A stretch of 63,944 nt of DNA, filler included, from Platydemus manokwari (taxonomy: Eukaryota), in the NCBI GenBank assembly GCA_037951405.1. It is 5 parts of 5 records of this genome, joined end to end, with 100 filler letters (N's around TTAATTAATTAA, not from the genome) between each part and the next. Parts side by side here need not be neighbours in the genome. Positions count along the whole stretch, not along the records: positions 52,509 to 63,944 come from JBBMOY010672208.1; 4 more parts are not named here. The stretch is one strand, 5' to 3'. Of the stretch, positions 52,509-63,944 are shown one piece after another. The stretch's first letter is position 1. The number at the start of each line of letters is the position of its first letter. The notes below the pieces were generated by a model. That model did not search any database, was not told the DNA's origin, and saw only the letters and a program-made list of their open reading frames with translations. The position numbers and the translations under genes are program-made.

Positions 52509-55500
52509 TACAATAACCGATGTTGCCAACGCCTGAAATAAAATCAATCACTGAAAAAGTGATTTCTTATCCAGTGAAATCAAAATAAAAACATAATTAG
52601 GAGAGATCTTTATTTTTTTCAGACTACAGTTTCATGACAAGTAGATGGAAAATTAGATTTTTAAATTCTTTGAAGTTTATTGCAGTTATAAACAAAAAAT
52701 GAAAATATAGAGAAATTTTTATTGTATTTTTTCAATTGAAAGCAAGGAGATCAATTGAAGAACTTACTCCAATTGAGAATAAATAAAAAGAGAATGAAAA
52801 TCAATTAATGATGTGTTAGGATAACAATGATAAATAACAGTGAAAAAGAATTGATAAATATAAAATTGTGACACCATAAATCTAAAGGGGAAACGTTACA
52901 GCAAATAATTGAAAGTGATGAGATAATTAATGTGAAGAGTACGATAGAAGAAATCCAGTAAATCAAACACGAGTATGTGAAAATGAACATTCGAATCAAA
53001 ATTCCAAATCAATCTCTTAGCGTACTCAAATCAATCTCTCTACAAATCTTTATATTTCTAAAACAACTCAAAATCATCTCACCAAATTAATACACCTTTC
53101 TGCAGATGTACAGCATAGTAATCACAAAGTCACGGGTAATCAATCATCAACATTCAATTCAAAACAAGTTACACTAAAAAACGTTTAATCAACTGTTGAA
53201 CTGATTTGAACTAATTTGAATTAATTTAACAATAATTATTAGTCTCCTAGATTTGATATCTTTCGATATCCCTCGTGCGGATGTTTCGGAGCAAACTACT
53301 TTAGTAGTGAGCTGCATAGTTTAGCCAAATTGTTGTGTTTTCTTTTGCTGTTTACATTGTTTTGTCCTCTCAAATGCATACTATTTAATCATTATGCCAT
53401 TAATCTCTACGTATTGCACACAATTGTAATTATTAATCCAGTAATTTTTTTATCTGTTATTGTGTACATTCAGTACAATTTGCAACTGCTACAACAGGAC
53501 GTTCAACATCCTTATTGTAACAGTCAATACTGTTAATAAGCTTAACCTTTAGATATCTTCAGTATAATTTTAAGTAACTTCACCTTCATACGATCTAGAG
53601 AAACCCTCTAGGACCAATGTAAGTAGTAAAATCAACAACCACCAAAAAAATTAATATAATGAAAAAAACATTTAATAGTATTAACCAAACACAGAGGAAA
53701 CAGATAACATTCTTCGAGAATTGGAGTATAAAAATATGATAAAATGTTAGTCCAAATAAAAATCGATATTTAACAATGAATGAAACTAATAAATAAACAT
53801 GGTAATAATATGAAAACAGTAAATTTAATTAGAAGACAAAAAGTCTAAGAATTGAAAATAATGGTCAGATTCACAAAAAATGAAGAAGTTCCGAATTACA
53901 CGCTGACATTAAAATGTCAAATGCAAATTTATTTATAGGAGATTACTACAAATCAAAATGGCAGAGTTCCATATGTAGTTTAAACAAAGTGAATATGAGG
54001 CCCATCGAAGCTACAATGAAAGAGTACTCGATATAAGAGAAAGAACTTCAGTGAATATACAACAATGTGATTTGAGCACTCTAGTCATTAAGACAAACGT
54101 ACAAACATGGGTGCCAGTCGAATTTAAAGGAATATAATCCGCAAGAAAAGAAGTCAAAACAGAGATTTCACATATGAAGCATGGTCCAACGATAGACGAT
54201 CAGAAACACAGAAAATCATTAAAAGAGAAGTACAAGAAATACTAAACAGAAGAACATTGGTAAGGCAAAATCTACAAATGCAATTATATAAATATTCAAC
54301 TAGAAGCGTCAGCCGATTGATTAAATTATCTGCCAATATGAACATATGAAGTCAAATATGTTATTCATTTCTTAACGGTATTTATATTTCCAGCTGACTT
54401 CCTGTGGACTTTCTCTTTTGAAATAATAATTTCTTGTAAAAATATAACCCCTATCTACGTCATAAATGTTAATAAATATTGAGTAGTGGATTTTCAGATA
54501 TCCCCTGAATACTAATTACCTTTTTGTTGATCAAACAAATAACTCGATATATTTATTATTATTTCAGGGGGTGCAGACATATTTTGATAATAAATATTTG
54601 TAAATACGTGCTTATTACTATACACGTTATTATGAGGTGTTTCGCAACTACAATGAGCGTGATTATAGAATATAATATATTTTTTTGAATATTCTTCTTC
54701 TAGAGGTAAATCAAACATCGATTTATTACAAAAGACATCACTAAATTGCTAGTAATCATTTATAATTTCGATTAAAGATGGGCTTTGACCAATCATTGAC
54801 AGTATACAACCTGTACACCAGATTTGAAATTCGTAATAAAAAAATAGCAAAAAATAATAATAAAAAATAAAAAAATATTTAAAAGGTGTTTAATGTTTAT
54901 ATAAGTGTGTTTCCAAGATTTGAAAATGCTTGGCTTAAGTTAAGAAAAAGGTTCCTACTTTCGTTATTATGAATTTTCACGCTTCTGATAATTTTATAAC
55001 TGTTATGTTTGATTTATTCGTATAATTAAGTTAAAATCGCATGTTTTTGTCTAGTAACGACAAAACAAGTTTTAAAATCAAATTCCTAATCAAAAAATGT
55101 AATAATTGTAAGTATCTCAATTTGTTTCTAATGTTAATAAAAGATGTCCTCGTTAATTTTCAATAAATTGCAATTTGACCTACTTTTTTCATTTTTTCAA
55201 ATAATCAAATCAAAAGAGATTTTAAAGCTCTAGTCTATTTAATATTTGATTTCAAGCAACTAAAACACTTCTTAAGTATTTAAATAAAAAATTTAAAATG
55301 TTTTTTTAAAAATAAAATTAAATAAACTATATAGAATTTTGCAATACACTCAACAAATTTAAAATTTCATTTTAATACTCTTAACTTTAGCCAAATATTT
55401 TTCTAACAAATACGTGCCGTATACTACACACGTTACCATGAGGATTTATGGAATTTAATTTAATATTTTTGTGAATATTTGAAATCATCATAGAGAAATT

Positions 55501-55554
55501 GAAAAATATTTTTCTAATAAATAATAAAAATAGGAAAATAAAATCCAAAATTTA

Positions 55555-57699
55555 TCAAAAATTATCATCTTGTGAAAGATTTGAGTAAACATGATCCATG
55601 GTAATGATTGGTGGGTGAGATTGATCATTAATCGATTGTAGTGATGTCATCTTGAGTTGACGAGCAAAATTAACGATATGAGCACCGGATTTGCCATCAA
55701 GCTGTCGAGCGATATCGTCAATATTATCCAGCACTTCTTGTTCAACAATGTATTCAGTCAAGTTGGTGAAAATCATTTCCAAAATCGCTTGTCTCGATTT
55801 GTGGTCGGGAAGACCGATTTCTGTTTTGAAATCAATACGTCCACATCTAACGAGTGCCTAAAATGAGAGCGTGATTATAAATCGATATCCAATATATATA
55901 TATGGTCATTCACATCGTCCAACATATCGGGCCGATTAGTAGCTGCCACCAATATGGTCTGCTGGTTGGCCTTGGTTGCTATGCCATTCATAAATGTCAA
56001 CAAAAGACTCAACAAATTCGAACTAGCTGATGCGCCAGTGCTTCTGTTTCGTTTCGGTATGATTGTATCGATCTCATCAATGAACAAGATGCTGGGAGCA
56101 CAAGCAAGAGCTTTCATCAAATAACTGTTCATCTGTGCTTCACTCTCACCGACAATACCGCGCATAACACTCGACGGTTTAATGATTATCATGGGCAGAT
56201 TGCATTCCGTGGCCAGAGCTCGAACGAACATCGTTTTCGAACACCCCGGTGGGCCGTACAACAGCAAGCCGTGAGGAATTTCGTCGCCGTTTTTCAGTGG
56301 TATTTCGAATTCGGTGCGTAACAAGTTCTTCACATCCTCATATCCGCCGATATCCGACCAACGAAGTCGATCGAACCCACTAGCGGTTTCGAAAATATCG
56401 TCAGGAACGAAATCTGCATCCATGCTGCATCTTTTCAATTCAGCCAATGACAAGTCGGGGAATTGCTCAAAAACCCGATCGACGAAACATTTGAGATTCC
56501 TGGCTGTATATCCTCGAAGCGTATGGCAGAATTCGTCGAAATCTTCTTCAAAACTCTCCCGATCGATTTTCTGTCGAATCAAATGTTTCATCAAATCCAC
56601 TTTTGCTTCTTTGGCGATATTGTTGACAAAAATTGACGTTGTGATGAGTTCACTCAGATCCTGATTGATGAGCTTAATATCAGTTGCTGTCATGACAACT
56701 TTCAACTGGATATCATCATTATCCTACAAATAACAAATCATTAAAACATCGTCGATCGATTATACACATTCACAAAAACCTTCAATTTTTGAAGTGCACT
56801 GCCTAAACACTCCGCATCATCACGAATTAATTCCACGTTTGGCACACACAAAACAGTATCTTTTCTATTAATAAAGATATCACTTAATTTTTTTAAAAAA
56901 TTTCAACAATTTCCAACTTTGATCGTATTATTTTATCGGACAAACTCGCCACATAATCTTTTCGATTCCTATAATAAAATGATGCAGTAAAACAAATGAT
57001 GGGCAAAATTTAGCCAACATAAATTTCTCAAAATCAAAGATGATAAAAAATTGATTTTCATTTTCATCTTGTAAATGGTCTAAGAGTGAACTTTTGCCAC
57101 AGCCACTTGGTCCATGTAAGCAAATAATCTGATTGTCATCTGGATCAAAACCGTCTTATTATCATTATTTAATTTATAATTACTATTATTTAGTCGAATT
57201 TTCAATTCATTTTCAATTTCATCCAATCCAAATAATTTGTGTTCACATCTTAATATTTTTGGAAATTTAAATTTGCTACATGGTAATGCCTAGAAATTTA
57301 CTAAAATAAATAAAATTGAGAATTTCCAATTAACTCTAAAGAACAATTTTTCAGATGTTTCATTTATATCATCAGATATTTTTGTAATTATTCTGATATT
57401 ATCACTATCTGGAACAAGCTCATAGATATGACTATCATTTTCTACTCTTTTACTAGTAAAATAACTATAAACGCCATCTCGCCAACATCGCCCCAAAACA
57501 AATTTGTTTTCTATGAAAACAAAATAATTAAAAACATAGGAATTCTATAAAACATGCTTAATTCTACTGAAATTTTTCTCTGATTATAAAGCCGACATTT
57601 TACTTCTCTGAATTTCACAAAAATTATATTTTAAATCAAAATAATTTATATTTACTCTAAATCAATTGTGATAATTTTAACATAAATCCAAGGATACAT
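55555..57699 (-). CDS. AFG2/SPATA5-like double-AAA ATPase, paralog A (degenerate D1, intact D2)
   Basis: About 9 exons from the ATG at 57699 (MYPWIYVKII..). D1 P-loop LHGPSGCGKS. D2 motifs WSDIGG, LLYGPPGCSKT (AFG2-type), ILFIDEID and AATNRPDMLDDALVRCGRID. Confidence 0.85.
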
Positions 57700-59880
57700 G
57701 ATTTTAAAATTTTAACAAATTGGTATTATTAAAACAATTTAAATTATTTTTCAAAATAATAATTTTTTATATATATATGCGTAATAAATAATAATTATTA
57801 TTATTAATAATTTCATTAGTATTGTTATTTGTTTGTTTCCTTTTTTAGATAATTGATTAATGGTTTTTATGGTGATATTATATGAGCCTTTGATTAAAAA
57901 AGTGGTATAAGTCATTTCAACCTTTCAAAACCAAATTTCCATTTAAAAATGGTAATAAATTTCACAATCATATTAAATGCTGATTTACCGGCGCTAATTA
58001 ATTGTCAAAATCTTTCATTCCATAATACACAAATATTTTTTAATTCTTTAAAATGCAAATCCCTTAATTTCTCCAAACAAGAAACATATGACGTATACCA
58101 CTTTCATAATCAAGGGCACATATTTCTTTTTTGGCTTTATTTAATTATACTATCTATTGTAATTTTTATATTAAGATTTTTATAAATCCTTGCAACTAGT
58201 AGTGGATTTCGGAGAAAATACCAACGAATACAAGAAAAAATCATACCAGAAACTATCGAGACGAATTCAAAGTCATCAATGAGTTACACGAAAAACTAAA
58301 ACGTAAAATATTGGTTGATCATAATTTAACTCATGATTTAAATCCCAACCAACTGTTGGTAGTTCGAGATTACAAACATCGCAATATTCAAGCCATTTTA
58401 TTATAAATGATCTTCATAGAAATATTTATCAAAATGGAATGGCAGACAGATAGAAAGAGAGTAGAAGTACATTACAAACTATAAATCCTAAACACCTAAG
58501 ACTAAAAGATCATTTAAATTTCCAATTTTTATTATTTTATGATATTGATTAGAAGATTGATTAAATTAATATTGTTTTTAAACACAATTGTTAATCAAAT
58601 TTTCAAAACTAGTAACTCAATTAGAAAGAAAGATGAAGGCAAGAATAACATAATTGTAAATATCTGTGCTATTTCATACATTCCTGGTAATTTCTTATTA
58701 CCTTATAACCATTACTTATTAATATATCAATATGCCAGCAATAATAATTCTACTTATAAACAAATAGTCATCAATGCAAAGAGCAGTGATGTAGGATTTC
58801 ACAATGACAATTATTATGACAATATTAACAAAAAACGAAAGTATAATAAAAATTATATTGTATATGTTGGGGATCCGGAAAAAATAATGCAATCCAATAT
58901 AACAATTTGATTAACTGCTAACATTAATTTTGCATGGCCTGGTTGTACAGGCATTTATTGTAACAATTTGAATTTCAGTGTATATCGTTGTTTTGACTGA
59001 TAGTACAAACGTACTTTAATTGAGAATAAAGAAAAAGAAAATGAAAATTAAGCCAGGATATCTTAGGATTACAATGATAGATAACCGTGAAAAAGAATTC
59101 ACACATATGAAACTCATGACACCATAAATCTAGAAGAATTGTGAGATTCGGTTTTCGATGTAATTGTCAATTGGGTCATCGTAAAACCTAAAACAACACG
59201 GATTATCTGGTATTGAGGGATCATATCCTGAAGTATCGATTTCACCCTCAGTGCCATCCCATCAATTTTTTTCGAAGTCATTTAGCAACTGGCTTTTATC
59301 CGGGAACACTTTGGCCTTTCTTCCTTTGATCGGAATCAGTACATTGATGGAATCACCATTTTTCTCATTTTAATCATATCTATTTTAATTTACAGATCGT
59401 TCAAAGAGTTTGAACTAGTTGAATTATATTGATACGTTATACCAAATGATACTTAGTACATGATAATAGGATTCCATCACGTGTATTGCAAAAATTTATA
59501 GTTTATTTAATTAAATTCTTTAAAAACATTTTGAATTTTTATCTGAGTACATGAGATGAATTAATAAATTTCATTAAATTATGATTAAAAATAGTTTGTT
59601 ATATTAAATTAAGAACGGAAATACATTACATTAAAATTGTGCCAAAAAGACCCTTTTTCTTAAATTAAATCGAATGAACAATGATAAACCAATTCTGATT
59701 CCGATCATAACATCTATAGGCAAACAGATAAAAAGGTGGAAATACTCGTACTACTCTACTCATAATAATAATAAATCTTAATCCCAATAAATAAAAAGCT
59801 CCATCAATTAATTCGAGTAAAATAATAAAACATATATTATTGTATCAAGTTGTCAAGGAAACCAAAAAAAACAAATTTCA

Positions 59881-62006
59881 TCAAAATGAACTCATTACAA
59901 GTTGCAGTGTCACCTTTGCTTTAGAATCTGACGAATCCATTTGACGCTTTGCTAATCTTTTCACACCTTTCCACCAAAACACAATATGGGCTCCACTTTT
60001 GCCTTCGAGTTTTTTTGCTATATTTGAAATGTTTTCAACGACTTCATTCAATATTTCCAAGTCCGAATCGTTGAAAACAATTTTTAAAATCGATTCTCGA
60101 GACGATTGATCGGGCAATCCAATCTCGATTTTAATATCGATTCGACCGTCACGAATGAGTGCCTGATAAAATCAATATCAATAACAAATCATTGATCCAA
60201 GTGAATAAAATTACTTCATCAAGTAGCTCCTTGTAATTCGTACAAGCCACTAAAATAACATTGCGTTCGCTCTTCTGAATTCCGTCTAGAAATGTCATCA
60301 ATTCCAGGAGCAATCGCTCACTGACGCGAGAATCATTCATTCGTGATCGACATGGAAACAGTATATCGATTTCATCAATGAATAGAATAGACGGTGCCGA
60401 ACATTCAGCACGAATCAAGATTTCTTTAAATTGTCGTTCGCTCTCGCCCACGTAACCGCGCAAAATACTGCACGGATTCACTGCAACCATGTTCAATCCA
60501 CATTCTGTCGCCAAAGCACGAGCGAACATAGTTTTAGAACATCCAGGCGGCCCGTACAAGAGCACACCTCGGACCGTTTTATTGTTTGATTTCAATTCGT
60601 CTTGGATCTCAGTTCTGAGGCAATCCTTGACGGATTCGTACCCGCCGATATCGCTCCAATATAATGGTTCAATCAATGTGACGAATTCCCTCAGATGGAA
60701 CGGCATGAAATCCGCCCGTTTACGACACATTTCCAGCTGATCCAATCTCAATTCCGGGTGGTAAACACCGACATTAATAATAAAATCCACGATTTGCCTT
60801 CCGGAAAATCCATTCAAACGTCCTGCAAAATCGAGAAATTCCTTCCCTTCGATTGGTTTCTTGGTTTTTCTTTCGATACGATATTTCATCAGAGCGAACT
60901 TCTCGTCACGATTTAAATCTCTGACGAGAATCCGTCTTGATAATCCTAATAATTTCTCCGATTTTATCAATGAAAAATCGGACATTTTCACCAGAATTTT
61001 GATTCGCACGTTACGATTTTCCTGAAAAAATCAATGTCACGCGTTGCCAAGGAAACGAATGAAAAATCAAACCAATAATTTGATGAAAATCGCATTCAAT
61101 TGGCTGTGTTTTTTCTGGATTTCATCGAATCTTTCAATGGCCAGAACAATTTCCATGCTTCAAACAAACAAATCAATAATCATTACAGACGTCCACAAGT
61201 GAAATTTACTCAATCTTTGTCAATAATTCCACCAATTTCTCCACATAATCATTCTCTAAACTGCAATAAACCAATGCATTAAAACAAGAAATTATCGATT
61301 GATATTGATTTTACCGAAATCGTCTCCAATCAAACCAAACGAATTTTTTCGATTCGAGAATGTCGTGCATCTTCTCCATCAACATCAGTTTGCCACAGCC
61401 ACGAGGCCCATACAAGCAAACCAACTTATTCCGTTCTAAAACCAATCAATTATTCCCAAATTCGATCAATTCATTTTCATCCGAACCGGTTTCCAAGTGC
61501 AATTTAATCTCCTCTTGAACATCAATCAGTCCGAAAAGCGGTTTTTTCAGGCGATAAATTTTGGGGAAATTAATTTTACAATTCTGTGCAGACTAGAAAA
61601 CCAATAAAAATCCATTATTTCCATCGACACCATACTTGGAATCGATAACATTCTTCTGTCATTGTTGCAGTTTCATTTGTCTTGTCGGTAATTTGGATTT
61701 TTAAACTGTCTTGTTGAAATTCGTACGAATGGGTTGCATTTTCCACTTTTAAAACCAAGAACGAATTTGGAAATCTATCTTCATAAATCTTCCCCAAATT
61801 GAAACCGGATTCTATTTAAAAAAATTTTAAATCTCAATTTTCAATAACTTGAAGAAATTAACTCAATTGTTGTTTAATTATAATGTCAAATAAGTGATCT
61901 TCAGCCTCCCTTTTTAAATAATCAAAATTACCAATTTTAATAATATAAATTAATACTTGTATATTACGTCGATTAGATCTACAGAAATAATATCTAAAAT
62001 ATCCAT
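59881..62006 (-). CDS. AFG2/SPATA5-like double-AAA ATPase, paralog B (degenerate D1, intact D2)
   Basis: Intron positions and phases match paralog A where traced; ATG at 62006 (MDILDIIS..). D1 LYGPRGCGKL. D2 WSDIGG, LLYGPPGCSKT, YVGESE, ILFIDEID and ACTN..DEALIRDGRID. Confidence 0.87.
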
Positions 62007-63868
62007 ATTCTAAATATTTAAATTTTTACAATAATTATTATTTAAACAAATTTCAACCTTGACAATTTATGTAATTAGTTTTATTAATGAATAAAAATAA
62101 ATATAAATGAACAAAAAGAAATCTTTTGTTATACAATATAGTAGCATTATTGCAACGATTCGTAAACATTTTTCAACATTTCATAATCTATTGGATATTA
62201 ATGGCCTCGGAATAATGTATCATTGTTTTTTTGAAATATAATTTAAAACTTCAAGACGCTTTGTAATTCATATAATGATATTACTCAAGCAAAATCTAGT
62301 GAATCTTTATCGACAGGCACAGCTTGAATTGTATGATATATTTGGAGAAACTAATTCTATGATACGAAGAAATTTATTTCCGATTACTGAAAAAAATTTG
62401 ATAATTATTTATGAATTCAATAAGTAAATTTTTTGTTTTAATTAAATCCAGACTTACGGTTCGTTTGACCTTATGGTCCTTTGACCTAACTAAGCACATC
62501 TTAACAGCTCCCTACTTTCATTTTTTATTGAGAGGCTTGCCCAACCACCAAAGCGGTACGCCCTTTACTGTTACCCGAGGGTTATTTTGCTCCCACTATA
62601 GATTGTATTTGTTTTTTTAAATTTTATTTTACAATTTATTTTATATTTTTTTTTATTTTATTTTACAAAATTATTTGGAGGAATTTTTAATGGATGTTTT
62701 TCAACAAAATCTTTAATTTTTATTTACTTGAAAATTGTATAGAAAATAATAGAATTTATAGAGTGACTGTTAGTTTAGAAATTTGATAAACCTGAAACCA
62801 AATCGCTGTCAAATTTATTTGAGAATTGTAGTAATGCTATTGAGATTTTATATAGAGACTCAAATGATTCACGTCAATATACCAATCCCATCCGTCATTT
62901 CTCAACAAGTATTTTATTGAAGGGTCTGGACGTGTTTTATCATCTATCTTTTTATATTATTTAACTTATTTGATTTTGTCTAAAATTTTATATTTATTTC
63001 GTTAATAATTTTATATATTAATTGTCATTATAACTATTTTTACATTAATAATAAAACTACATGATTTTTAAATTTGAAAAGAATAAATATAGATATTCAT
63101 CATAAAATCATCAATAAAAAATTAAAATTTAGAGAACTTTTGCACAAGTCTCATTAATTTCTCAATATTTACATATTGCGATTTGAGGACTATCATAGAT
63201 TCAAACGACAACAAACTGACAATTGTTGTGTATCAATTTGTGTATTTATTAAATAACAGGATTATATTTTCTGGTTTATTGATTGAATAGTGATTTCTAC
63301 TGAATGAACTTCTAACTTAATTATTAATGTTAGTTTCGATTTATTACTGGGTCTAAGGGGCTTCAACAAACGGGTATTGAAAACTACGTTATTAGCAAAT
63401 ATAGTGTCTTAATCTAAAGGTTACGGAAGCTAACCTTTATTATATTAATGTTGATTAATGATGAAAAAGCTGGCCAGTGGTTTCGTTAGTAGTTCTTAAA
63501 TTAAAATATAACCAATTAATAAATGTTCTTCAATCTCTCTACTAAAATAGAACGCTCAATAATGTTTTTATAAAAAAATTATTTACGAAATAAAACGTCA
63601 ACAACAGCTGAATTATCACAAAAATATAAAATGCATCGCACGGCTCTTGGCGAAAGCGAGTTGCTGAATAATCCGAAAGCAGACGGAGAAGAGGCCAGGT
63701 ATATAGAAGAAATTAATTACGGCAATTACAGTTATTCTCGTCAATGATTAATTAAATGAACGTGAAATTTTCGTCTTATGACCTTGTTTTTTATACTATT
63801 GGGTTATAACTTAATAACCGGAATTTGACAACAGATGTAAATACTTGTGTCTGTGCTGTTGCAAATCA

Positions 63869-63944
63869 TTCATCCAAATGCACGGAAATTGGGTGCCATA
63901 CGAGTTGAAACCGAGAGATGTGGAAAGGCGATTTTGCATATCTG
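63869..63944 (+). mobile_element. Mariner transposase fragment (continues beyond the window)
   Basis: FIQMHGNWVPYELKPRDVERRFCIS contains the mariner WVP(H/Y)EL motif in a mauritiana-subfamily-like context. Confidence 0.85.

Noticed and set aside
57155-57183. Apparent 29-nt ultra-short intron in AAA paralog A
   Set aside because: An in-frame CAG acceptor 15 nt further on gives a normal 44-nt intron and aligns with paralog B.
58539-58910. 123-aa Asn/Ile-rich ORF
   Set aside because: Composition reflects the AT-rich background, with no motif or splice support.
56314-60916. Plus-strand ORFs 56314-56664, 60489-60740 and 60695-60916
   Set aside because: Antisense shadows of the AAA exons. The same applies to the ORFs opposite the GPCR, NSD, InR and RT sequences.

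Overview
This is very AT-rich eukaryotic genomic DNA with many 42-55 nt GT-AG introns. Composition, intron size and transposon content are consistent with a triclad flatworm (planarian), but that is inference. The window is five contigs joined by artificial 44N-TTAATTAATTAA-44N linkers. Genes spliced by hand: the 5' part of a nucleolin/Nopp140-like acidic-serine repeat protein; a tail-to-tail pair of BAP18-related genes whose stops are 34 bp apart; an intronless NPY/sNPF/PrRP-type GPCR; the beta-chain half of an atypical insulin-receptor-family kinase; an NSD-family H3K36 methyltransferase; RPS18; a MADF-BESS factor; and two tandem AFG2/SPATA5-like AAA ATPases with a degenerate D1 module. Intergenic and intronic DNA holds relics of an RLE-type (NeSL/R5-like) non-LTR element apparently nested in a MULE transposase, plus Merlin, hAT MITE, pogo/Tigger, Gypsy, mariner and DEDDh-exonuclease-like fragments. 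Most novel-looking: the BAP18 pair with complementary motif retention, the InR with an NNEY motif, a YYY activation loop and a Cys-rich tail, and the D1-dead AAA pair (one with a GC-AG intron and no pore-loop aromatic). All family assignments come from motif recognition by eye; no searches were run.
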